Shown here: piece after piece, positions 56,689 through 64,000 of the stretch
How the letters are laid out: every line of letters begins with the position of its first letter
How positions within the stretch are numbered: position 1 is the stretch's first letter
Assembly (NCBI GenBank): GCA_043808095.1
Contig: JAZDFF010000031.1
Location: 37,073-101,072, forward strand
Origin: Candidatus Omnitrophota bacterium
GTDB lineage: Bacteria; Omnitrophota; Gorgyraeia; JAZDFF01
Direction: 5' to 3'
DNA length: 64,000 nucleotides
The notes under the pieces: generated by a model
Databases searched by the model: none
The model's input: only the letters and a program-made list of their open reading frames with translations
Told to the model about the DNA's origin: nothing
Translations under genes and position numbers: made by a program

Positions 56689-57747
56689 ATGAACCTGCGT
56701 ATAGAAAGGCTCATTGATTTATTGCTTAAAGAAAATTTAAGCGGCCTTCTTATAAACCATCCGGCAAATATCCAATACCTTAGCGACTATCGCGGCCAAG
56801 AATCCTACCTTATTATCTCGGCAAAACACACTGTTTTTCTTACCGATTTTCGTTATATCGAAGAGGCCAAGACTGCTTTAAAGGGAATAGAGGTTAGGCA
56901 GATAACTGAGGCGCATTTTGAATCTCTCTCCGGGGTAATCAAAGACCTTGGTCTAAAGAGACTCGGGTTTGAGGCTGAATATACCTCTGTTTTAGAGCAT
57001 AAAAAACTTAAATCCTTACTGGCTAAAGGCGTCGAATTAATCCCGACAACGGATTTAGTAGAGAAATTGCGCTTAGTTAAGGACAGCAGTGAGGTAAAAA
57101 AGATTAGGTCAGCCATAGAGCTTACTGGAAAGGCCCTTAAATTCTTTAATTCTATTTTGAAACCAGGGGTAAAAGAAATAGACCTGGCTGCTGAGCTTGG
57201 CCGTTTCATTAAGAAAAACGGCGGCCTGGCAGAGGCATTTCCCATAATTATTGCCTCTGGAAAGAACTCAAGTTATCCTCATGCTGCATTAACCCATAAG
57301 CCAATTAAAAGAGGAGAGCCGGTTATGGTTGATCTAGGAGTTGACTTTTTGGGCTACAAATCCGACTTGACAAGGATATTCTTTTTAGATAAAATAAGTC
57401 CAAGGATTAGAAGTATTTACGACGTTGTACGAGAGGCACAGGAGAGGGCGTTTAAAAGGATAAAACCAGGCTCGCCTATCAGCCAAATCGACAAGGCAGC
57501 CCGTGAATATATTGTTCAAAAAGGCTATGGAAAATTTTTTGGGCATAGCTTAGGTCACGGTATCGGCTTAGAAGTCCACGAAGGCCCACCAATTTCTTCA
57601 AGGAATAATGATTGTATAATCCCGGGAATGGTTTTTACTATTGAACCGGCTATTTATCTTCCGGGTAAGTTTGGGATTAGAATAGAGGATGATGTCCTCG
57701 TAACCGAAAAAGGAGCAAAGATTTTAAGTGACAGTATCAATAAATGA
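56689..57747 (+). CDS. pepP: Xaa-Pro aminopeptidase (M24B family)
   Basis: M24 metal ligands and the HGLGHGIGLEVHE context. Confidence 0.8.
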   Translation: MNLRIERLIDLLLKENLSGLLINHPANIQYLSDYRGQESYLIISAKHTVFLTDFRYIEEAKTALKGIEVRQITEAHFESLSGVIKDLGLKRLGFEAEYTSVLEHKKLKSLLAKGVELIPTTDLVEKLRLVKDSSEVKKIRSAIELTGKALKFFNSILKPGVKEIDLAAELGRFIKKNGGLAEAFPIIIASGKNSSYPHAALTHKPIKRGEPVMVDLGVDFLGYKSDLTRIFFLDKISPRIRSIYDVVREAQERAFKRIKPGSPISQIDKAAREYIVQKGYGKFFGHSLGHGIGLEVHEGPPISSRNNDCIIPGMVFTIEPAIYLPGKFGIRIEDDVLVTEKGAKILSDSINK

Positions 57748-58288
57748 AATCAAGGTCGGATTAACCGTCCTCGTAGAGAGAGAAATCTATACTGTAGTAG
57801 ATTTACATCATGTTAAGCCCGGTAAAGGCGCTGCCTTTGTACGCACAAAGTTAAAAAACCTAAAGACCCAAAATGTTCTTGAGAGGACATTCCGCGGGGA
57901 CGAAAAGATTGAAGAGGCATTCATTGAACAGAGGAAGCTCCAATTTTTATATAGGGCAGGGGATGCCTTTCATTTTATGGACCAGGAATCATTTGAAGAG
58001 ACCGTTCTCCCTTATGAAAAGATAAAAGATACACAAGGGTGGCTTAAAGATAATATCGAGGTAACTGCACTCTTTTTTAAAGATGAATTATTGTCGGCAA
58101 ATGTCCCCAACTTTATTGAATTTAAGATAGTTAGTACGGAAACAGGCCTAAGAGGAGATTCTTCAAAGGCCGGGACGAAACCTGCGAAATTAGAGACAGG
58201 TAAAATCGTACAGGTGCCTTTATTTATCGAAGAGGGTAATTTTATAAGAGTAGATACGCGCAGCGGCGAATATATTGAAAGAGCCTAG
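57728..58288 (+). CDS. efp: Elongation factor P
   Basis: Canonical EF-P N-terminus with KPGKGAAFVRTKLKNL. Confidence 0.9.
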   Translation: MTVSINEIKVGLTVLVEREIYTVVDLHHVKPGKGAAFVRTKLKNLKTQNVLERTFRGDEKIEEAFIEQRKLQFLYRAGDAFHFMDQESFEETVLPYEKIKDTQGWLKDNIEVTALFFKDELLSANVPNFIEFKIVSTETGLRGDSSKAGTKPAKLETGKIVQVPLFIEEGNFIRVDTRSGEYIERA

Positions 58289-58368
58289 TAAAAAATGATT
58301 GCAGCGATTAGTAATTATGATTACAGTGATTAAATCTCTGGAATCATCTATTAATAAAGGAGGTTCGC

Positions 58369-58821
58369 GTGAACCTTAAAGAGATTAAAGAGATGATTGC
58401 CCTAATGAATGAAAATAATCTCACCGAATTAGAGATAGAGCGCGAGGGCATGCGGATTAAGTTAAAAAAGGGCATGGATGAAGCCGAGATTAGGCAGATA
58501 AGTTATACTCAAACAGATAAGACTGCTCCTCATCAGAGCTTTATTGAAGAAGAGAAAGCCCCGCCACAGGTATCTAAAAATGCCTTTGAGATAAAGGCGC
58601 CGATGGTCGGGACATTCTACCGGACGCCTTCTCCGGAGGCGCCTCCTTTTATTGAGGTTGGCCAAGAGATAGAGGTGGGACAGGTCATCTGTATAATCGA
58701 GGCCATGAAATTAATGAATGAGATAAAATCCGAGGTCAGAGGAAAAATCCTAGAGATTTGTGTTGATAATGCTGAACCGGTAGAATTTGGTCAGGTAATA
58801 TTTTTAATCCAGCCGCAATAG
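58369..58821 (+). CDS. accB: Acetyl-CoA carboxylase biotin carboxyl carrier protein
   Basis: Biotinyl-lysine motif [10 protein letters not shown]. Confidence 0.85.
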   Translation: MNLKEIKEMIALMNENNLTELEIEREGMRIKLKKGMDEAEIRQISYTQTDKTAPHQSFIEEEKAPPQVSKNAFEIKAPMVGTFYRTPSPEAPPFIEVGQEIEVGQVICIIEAMKLMNEIKSEVRGKILEICVDNAEPVEFGQVIFLIQPQ

Positions 58822-58825
58822 AGTT

Positions 58826-60175
58826 ATGTTTTCAAAAATTCTCATCGCCAATAGAGGCGAAATCGCCTTAAGAATAATCCGTGCATGTAAAGAACTTGGA
58901 ATCAGGACGGTAGCCGTATATTCACAGGCAGATAAAGAATCTTTACATGTACAGTTTGCCGATGAAGCTGTATGCATCGGCCCTGCCAGTAGTTCTGAAA
59001 GCTACCTTAATATCCCCGCTATTATCAGTGCCGCTGAAATTACCGACGTGGAAGCAATCCATCCGGGATATGGTTTTTTAGCGGAAAATCCGCATTTCGC
59101 CGAGATCTGCGAATCATGCCAGATTGCTTTTATCGGGCCTAGCCCTGCGACCATGAGACTTATGGGCGACAAAATGGCAGCAAGAATAGCTATGAAAAAA
59201 GCAGGTCTTCCAATTATCCCAGGCAGCACCTCTCTTATTAAAGGAAAAGATGATGCCTTAAAGACCGCCAAGCGCATCGGCTATCCTGTGGTCATTAAGG
59301 CAGCAGCCGGCGGAGGCGGAAGAGGCATGCGTATTTGTCATAATGATATAAGGCTGATCAGCGCGATGATGACTGCCCAGTCCGAAGCCGAGGCGGCCTT
59401 TGGAAATGACGCTGTATACATAGAAAAATGTATTTCCGACACCAGGCATATTGAATTTCAGATTTTAGCGGATAATTACGGCCATGTAATTCATCTTGGC
59501 GAAAGAGATTGCAGCCTACAAAGGAGGTATCAAAAAATATTAGAAGAAACTCCCTCAACGGTATTAGATGCCCGGCAACGTCATAAGATCGGAGAGATGG
59601 CTGTCAGGGCAGCCAAATCCGTGGGGTATCGCAATGTCGGCACAATGGAATTTTTAGTTGAAAAATCCGGAAATTTTTATTTTATGGAGATGAACACGCG
59701 CATCCAGGTTGAACATGCAATAACCGAAATGGTTACTGGCATAGACCTGATAAAAGAACAGATTCACATAGCTTGCGGTGAAAAACTTAAAATACAGCAG
59801 GATGACGTAAAGATCCATGGTCACGCTGTTGAGTGCCGAATCAATGCTGAAGACCCGGAAAATGATTTTATGCCTTGTCCGGGAAAAATTCAGATTTATA
59901 ATCTGCCGGGCGGATTTGGCGTGCGCGTAGACACGCATATCTATACCGGTTATGAGATAAGCCCGCACTACGATTCATTAATCGCTAAATTAATTACTCA
60001 CGCAAACACCAGGATTGAGGCGATAAAAATTATGAAGCGTGCCCTTGATGAATTTATCATTGAGCCGATTAAAACCACAATTGCCGTGCATAAAAGTATC
60101 GTTGATAATCCATTATTTTTAAAAGGTGAAATAAATACGAACTTTGTGGAAAAGATCTTTAAAAAGAAAGAGTAA
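58826..60175 (+). CDS. accC: Biotin carboxylase
   Basis: Canonical AccC sequence throughout, with an ATP-grasp fold. Confidence 0.9.
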   Translation: MFSKILIANRGEIALRIIRACKELGIRTVAVYSQADKESLHVQFADEAVCIGPASSSESYLNIPAIISAAEITDVEAIHPGYGFLAENPHFAEICESCQIAFIGPSPATMRLMGDKMAARIAMKKAGLPIIPGSTSLIKGKDDALKTAKRIGYPVVIKAAAGGGGRGMRICHNDIRLISAMMTAQSEAEAAFGNDAVYIEKCISDTRHIEFQILADNYGHVIHLGERDCSLQRRYQKILEETPSTVLDARQRHKIGEMAVRAAKSVGYRNVGTMEFLVEKSGNFYFMEMNTRIQVEHAITEMVTGIDLIKEQIHIACGEKLKIQQDDVKIHGHAVECRINAEDPENDFMPCPGKIQIYNLPGGFGVRVDTHIYTGYEISPHYDSLIAKLITHANTRIEAIKIMKRALDEFIIEPIKTTIAVHKSIVDNPLFLKGEINTNFVEKIFKKKE

Positions 60176-60186
60176 GGAGCCAGACT

Positions 60187-60543
60187 ATGAGAGAAACAAC
60201 CAGCAATGATTTTGGCATAGTAAAAATACATAAAAAAGTTATAAGCTCTATCGCCTCGATTGCTACCAAAGAGGTAGAGGGCGTAGTGAAAATCGGAGGA
60301 AGTTTTAAAAGTAGTTTACTCCAATCGTTACTGAAAAGTGACTATTGCGCCATTATCGTCGACATAGACAAGAACAATGAAGTCAGGATTTCAATACCCG
60401 TCGTAATTCGATACGGCTTTAATCTACCTTCTGTTGCTGGCCAAATCCAAGATAATGTACGTAAGGCCTTTGAAAAAATGACGGATTTATCTCTAAAAGA
60501 GATTAATGTAAATGTCCAGGAAATTGAAGGGGGTAATAAATGA
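60187..60543 (+). CDS. Asp23/Gls24-family (alkaline shock) protein
   Basis: N-terminal motif GIVKIHKKVISSIASIATKEVEGV. Confidence 0.7.
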   Translation: MRETTSNDFGIVKIHKKVISSIASIATKEVEGVVKIGGSFKSSLLQSLLKSDYCAIIVDIDKNNEVRISIPVVIRYGFNLPSVAGQIQDNVRKAFEKMTDLSLKEINVNVQEIEGGNK

Positions 60544-61139
60544 AATTTTTTACTTATTTGGGAGTAAGTTTTAATACCTTTTTAACTTTAGTCATTGGTT
60601 TACTTCTAATATTATTTGCCTTACAGATAATCACCATCGAGCATATTACAGCTGCTCTCTATTTTATCGAAGGCCAGCAGCTGGCCATCGGTTTAATCGG
60701 ATTTTTATTCATCTTAACTGGCTTTGCCCTTTCACAGTCAATTTTAGGTAAGATTCAGCGTGAGAAAACAGTTGCCTTTACTAATCCTCAAGGAGAAGTA
60801 ATTGTATCTTTGACTGCCGTAGAAGACCTTATCCGCAGAATAATTTCAATAATTCCAGAGGTAAAAGATTCCCGGCCGACTGTCATAGCAGGTAAAAAGG
60901 GTATCAGCATTGACCTGCGCCTTACATTAAGGACAGAGGTAAATATACCGGAGTTTACCTCTAGACTACAAGAATTAGTCAGATCTAGAATTCAGGATAT
61001 TCTCGGTGTTGAAGAGACTATTAGCATCAGGATTTTTGTAGTAAAGATTTCCGTGGATGAACCCAGAAAAAAGAAAGAGGCTCAGCATCAAGAAGACGAA
61101 CCAATTATTCCGTTTCAAGGCTACGGTAAGAACTTATAA
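60540..61139 (+). CDS. Membrane protein with C-terminal Asp23-like domain
   Basis: Two to three TM helices, then an Asp23-like segment EVIVSLTAVEDLIRRIIS.... Confidence 0.45.
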   Translation: MKFFTYLGVSFNTFLTLVIGLLLILFALQIITIEHITAALYFIEGQQLAIGLIGFLFILTGFALSQSILGKIQREKTVAFTNPQGEVIVSLTAVEDLIRRIISIIPEVKDSRPTVIAGKKGISIDLRLTLRTEVNIPEFTSRLQELVRSRIQDILGVEETISIRIFVVKISVDEPRKKKEAQHQEDEPIIPFQGYGKNL

Positions 61140-61304
61140 TAAAGATTGATTCCTATGATTGAAAAAATGATTGCAGTGATTTTTAATAAGATTCCAGAGA
61201 TTATCTCACTGAGTTTGAATCGCCGTAATCTGTTTTACTAATCACTGTAATCAAGGGCGGCACTTTTGTGGCGCCCTAATGATTTGAAGAAAGGAGAGGT
61301 TTTA

Positions 61305-62333
61305 ATGCCAAAGATTGGAATATTAACAGGCGGCGGCGATTGTCCCGGGTTAAACCCTGTTATCCGAGCCGTTGTAAGAAAAGGTTTTAATGAAGGCTAT
61401 GAAGTGGTAGGGATTAAAAATGGCTGGAAAGGGCTGATTGAAAATGATACTTGCGTTCTTACTTTAGGAAATGTCTCGGGAATTCTTCCTAAGGGAGGTA
61501 CCATACTGGGTACAAGTCGGACTAATCCTTATAAAAAACCGGAAGACGTTAAGAAAATGCTCCAGAATTATAAACAATTAGGACTCTGTGCCCTGATAGC
61601 CGTAGGCGGCGAGGATACCTTGGGTGTAGCCACGAAGTTAATAAAAGATGGTTTAAAAATCGTTGGCGTTCCCAAGACCATAGACAATGACATTTCAGCA
61701 ACCGATTATACCTTTGGATTTGATACCGCATTAAATACTGCTACTGAATGTATAGACAGATTACATACTACCGCAGAAAGTCATCATCGTATAATTGTGG
61801 TTGAGGTTATGGGCCGCCATGCCGGTTGGATTGCTACTGAAGCAGGAATTGCAGGAGGGGCTGATGTTATTTTAATTCCTGAGCTTCCTATTGATATAAA
61901 GGAGGTCTGCGACCTTATTAAAAAGCGGCACCAAAGAGGAAAGACCTTTAGCATTATAATAGTTGCCGAAGGTGCCCAATTTAAAGTAGGGCAGGCAATT
62001 ACCCAAGAGACTAATTTAGATGAATTTGGCCATGCCAGATTAGGCGGCATCGGCGATCAATTGGGAAAAATTATTGAAAAAGAAACCGGATATGAAACCA
62101 GAGTTTCGGTATTGGGCCATCTTCAAAGAGGAGGTACTCCTTCGGCGTTTGACCGAGTCTTAGGCACCCGTTTTGGTATCAAGGCGGTTGAGTTGGTCAA
62201 AAAAGACGACTTTGGCAAGATGGTTGCCTTATCCGGAAATAAAATTATAGCCATACCTATTGAAGAATCAGTTAAGGAATTAAAGACAGTAGATATGGAA
62301 CTATACGGTATTGCTAGGGAGTTTTTTGGCTAA
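61305..62333 (+). CDS. 6-phosphofructokinase, probably PPi-dependent type
   Basis: PFK motifs GGDCPGLN. At the E. coli PfkA positions 104 and 124 it has Asp (GGEDT) and Lys (PKTIDND), residues diagnostic of PPi-PFKs. An RBS aggag lies 8 nt upstream of the ATG at 61305. Confidence 0.7.
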   Translation: MPKIGILTGGGDCPGLNPVIRAVVRKGFNEGYEVVGIKNGWKGLIENDTCVLTLGNVSGILPKGGTILGTSRTNPYKKPEDVKKMLQNYKQLGLCALIAVGGEDTLGVATKLIKDGLKIVGVPKTIDNDISATDYTFGFDTALNTATECIDRLHTTAESHHRIIVVEVMGRHAGWIATEAGIAGGADVILIPELPIDIKEVCDLIKKRHQRGKTFSIIIVAEGAQFKVGQAITQETNLDEFGHARLGGIGDQLGKIIEKETGYETRVSVLGHLQRGGTPSAFDRVLGTRFGIKAVELVKKDDFGKMVALSGNKIIAIPIEESVKELKTVDMELYGIAREFFG

Positions 62334-62399
62334 GTGAGGACATTACTTATGCCTGCCTTCCGATGAGGCAGGTGTTCGTAAGTTATACGCTCATTAAAT

Positions 62400-62966
62400 A
62401 TGAAAAATACAATTCGCAGAATACTTCAGGATTCAATCAAGGTAAAAGAAAATGTCCTGAAGACGCAGATTTTGGTCATTGAGAAAGTTGCCAGAGAAGT
62501 TATTGCATGTCTTAAAACCGGTCACAAGATAATCTTCTTGGGAAACGGCGGTTCAGCAGCTGACAGTCAACACTTGGCTGCAGAGCTGGTGGGAAGATTT
62601 CAGAAGAATAGACGTGGTCTTGCTGCCATTTCTTTAAATGTAAATACCTCGGTCATAACTGCCTTGGCCAATGATTATGGCTATGAGTATGTATTTTCAA
62701 AACAGCTTGAGGCCCTGGCAGAAAAAGGCGATCTTGTCATCGCCATTTCTACAAGTGGCAATGCCAAAAATGTGATTATGGCAGTAAAAAAAGCTGGGGC
62801 AATGAAGATTAAGACTATCGGGTTAACTGGTGGGACAGGAGGAGACCTGACAAAATTAGCAGACACCTCAATTACTATTGCTTCCAAAATTACCGCCAGG
62901 ATCCAGGAAGCGCATATCTGTATTGGGCATATAATCTGTGAATTAGTCGAAGAGGCATTGTTTTGA
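62400..62966 (+). CDS. gmhA: D-sedoheptulose 7-phosphate isomerase (SIS domain)
   Basis: GNGGSAADSQHLAAELVGRF. Confidence 0.85.
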   Translation: MKNTIRRILQDSIKVKENVLKTQILVIEKVAREVIACLKTGHKIIFLGNGGSAADSQHLAAELVGRFQKNRRGLAAISLNVNTSVITALANDYGYEYVFSKQLEALAEKGDLVIAISTSGNAKNVIMAVKKAGAMKIKTIGLTGGTGGDLTKLADTSITIASKITARIQEAHICIGHIICELVEEALF

Positions 62967-63451
62967 TGATCAAAGTAAAAATTAAAAGCCAGAATCAGCT
63001 TAAAGAAATCCTTAATAAGTTAAGAATAAGGGGGAAAACAATAGTTTTTACGAACGGATGTTTTGATCTTTTGCATTACGGTCATGTAAAATGCCTTGAA
63101 GAGGCAAAGAAACTCGGTGATTACCTGATTGTGGCTGTAAATAGCGATAGTTCTGTTCGGCGCCTGAAAGGAAAAAATAGGCCAATTACGCCAGAGGCCT
63201 CAAGGGCTAGGATCATCGCTGCCTTAGAAAGCGTAGATTTTGTTACTATTTTTAATGAAGACACGCCATTAAATTTAATTAAAAAAATTCGGCCTGATGT
63301 ATTAGTCAAGGGGGCAGATTGGAAGGTCAAAAATATCGTCGGCAGGGATGTTCTGGCTAATTACGGTGCTAGGATTTCGACTGTTCCATTAGTAAAAGGT
63401 TATTCGACAACCGAATTCATTAAGAAAATTGCCAAAAGTTTTTTTAGATAA
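62963..63451 (+). CDS. D-glycero-beta-D-manno-heptose 1-phosphate adenylyltransferase (RfaE domain II / HldE C-terminal-type cytidylyltransferase)
   Basis: FTNGCFDLLHYGHVKCLEEAK is the nucleotidyltransferase H-x-G-H motif. Confidence 0.8.
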   Translation: MMIKVKIKSQNQLKEILNKLRIRGKTIVFTNGCFDLLHYGHVKCLEEAKKLGDYLIVAVNSDSSVRRLKGKNRPITPEASRARIIAALESVDFVTIFNEDTPLNLIKKIRPDVLVKGADWKVKNIVGRDVLANYGARISTVPLVKGYSTTEFIKKIAKSFFR

Positions 63452-63866
63452 AAAAATATTGCGTTTAATCGACGCAAATTTAAATCGCATAAAAGAGGGC
63501 ATTCGGGTCTTAGAAGATATCAACCGGTTTGTGCTTGATGACAAGTGTTCTTCAGGAGACCTTAAAAAGATTCGGCATCATATTTTTAGATTAATCAAAA
63601 GCCTTCCCATTAGAGTCGATACCCTCATTTATGCCAGAGAAATAGAGTCTGACGTCGGACGCCCAAGCATCAAATCCGAAAACAAAAGAAGGAATTTAGA
63701 AGATATATTCTGTGCAAATGTCCAGCGGATTAAGGAATCTCTCCGGGTCTTAGAAGAGTTTTCAAAACTTTTTAATGCAAAAATAGCTACTGAATTTAAA
63801 TTTATAAGATACAAAGTATATGGCCTGGAGAAAAAAACAATAAAAAGAATCAGGGATTGTAAATAA
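63429..63866 (+). CDS. Hypothetical protein with an internal repeat (IKEGIRVLEDINRF / IKESLRVLEEFSKLF)
   Basis: ORF only. It lies directly upstream of thiC but carries no recognisable ThiE-length domain. Confidence 0.3.
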   Translation: MPKVFLDKKILRLIDANLNRIKEGIRVLEDINRFVLDDKCSSGDLKKIRHHIFRLIKSLPIRVDTLIYAREIESDVGRPSIKSENKRRNLEDIFCANVQRIKESLRVLEEFSKLFNAKIATEFKFIRYKVYGLEKKTIKRIRDCK

Positions 63867-63874
63867 ATTTGAAG

Positions 63875-64000
63875 ATGACTCGACTAGATTTAGCAAAAAG
63901 CGGAAAAATCACTGGCGAAATGAAAAGGGTCGCCAAATTTGAGCATACAGCCCCTGAGATTATTAGAGATGGCATTGCCAAGGGTAAGATAGTCATCCCT
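63875..64000 (+). CDS. thiC: Phosphomethylpyrimidine synthase ThiC, N-terminal fragment (continues beyond the window)
   Basis: MTRLDLAKSGKITGEMKRVAKFEHTAPEIIRDGIAKGKIVIP matches the ThiC N-terminal region. Confidence 0.55.
   Translation, partial: MTRLDLAKSGKITGEMKRVAKFEHTAPEIIRDGIAKGKIVIP

Noticed and set aside
63452-63874. Expected TPP riboswitch upstream of thiC
   Set aside because: No THI-box (CUGAGA / ACCCUGAUCUGGAUAAUGCCAGCGUAGGGA-like) sequence was found. The region is instead occupied by an ORF. No riboswitch is called.
1-64000. tRNA or rRNA genes
   Set aside because: No cloverleaf-compatible GC-rich 70-90 nt segments and no rRNA-like stretches were recognised in the intergenic regions by eye. 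None is called.

Overview
This window is a 64 kb bacterial chromosomal segment, roughly 40% GC and densely coded, almost entirely on the + strand. It opens with the tail of the spc/alpha ribosomal operon (secY, adk, map, infA, rpmJ, rpsM, rpsK, rpsD, rpoA, rplQ). Next comes a central-metabolism block: an aspartate aminotransferase, an archaeal-type LeuC/LeuD-like dehydratase with pilT wedged between its two subunits, an IDH-family dehydrogenase, an LDH-like MDH, Lpd and LipB. Three paralogous 7TM sensor kinases are scattered through the window. There are two accessory islands. Island 1 (about 17.2-20.3 kb) carries a stand-alone lipoyl domain, an AbiEii-like nucleotidyltransferase with an XRE-HTH partner, and two GxxExxY (PD-(D/E)XK) genes, each nested in a different inverted-repeat element and flanking an SRPBCC gene. 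Island 2 (about 29.1-39.4 kb) carries a RelE/Phd pair, a 5'-truncated Rhs/YD-repeat toxin with a LamG-like insert and an uncharacterised glycine-zipper C-terminal domain plus a candidate immunity gene, an orphan rhs-CT cassette, a REP-flanked RAYT (IS200-like Y1 transposase), and duplicated small secreted/lipoprotein genes. Between the islands sits a candidate small-molecule signalling locus: a dehydrogenase, a CqsA/LqsA-like alpha-oxoamine synthase, an ADC-like hypothetical, a 7TM-GAF histidine kinase, a stand-alone REC and a GAF-HD-GYP. Downstream are envelope glycosyltransferase and acyltransferase genes, pcm, and a cobalamin salvage/uptake locus: cobO, a cobalamin riboswitch, btuFCD, cobC, cobU, cobT, cobS and a translationally coupled MJ0570-type PP-loop ATPase, then a TonB-dependent receptor and tonB. 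The window ends with housekeeping genes (rpsU, MEMO1-like, aroQ, pepP, efp, accB, accC, Asp23 pair, PPi-type pfk, gmhA, rfaE-II, thiC start). Several families of short intergenic palindromic or tandem repeats recur throughout. No tRNA, rRNA or CRISPR was found. All calls rest on reading the translated ORFs and the raw sequence; no database searches were run.
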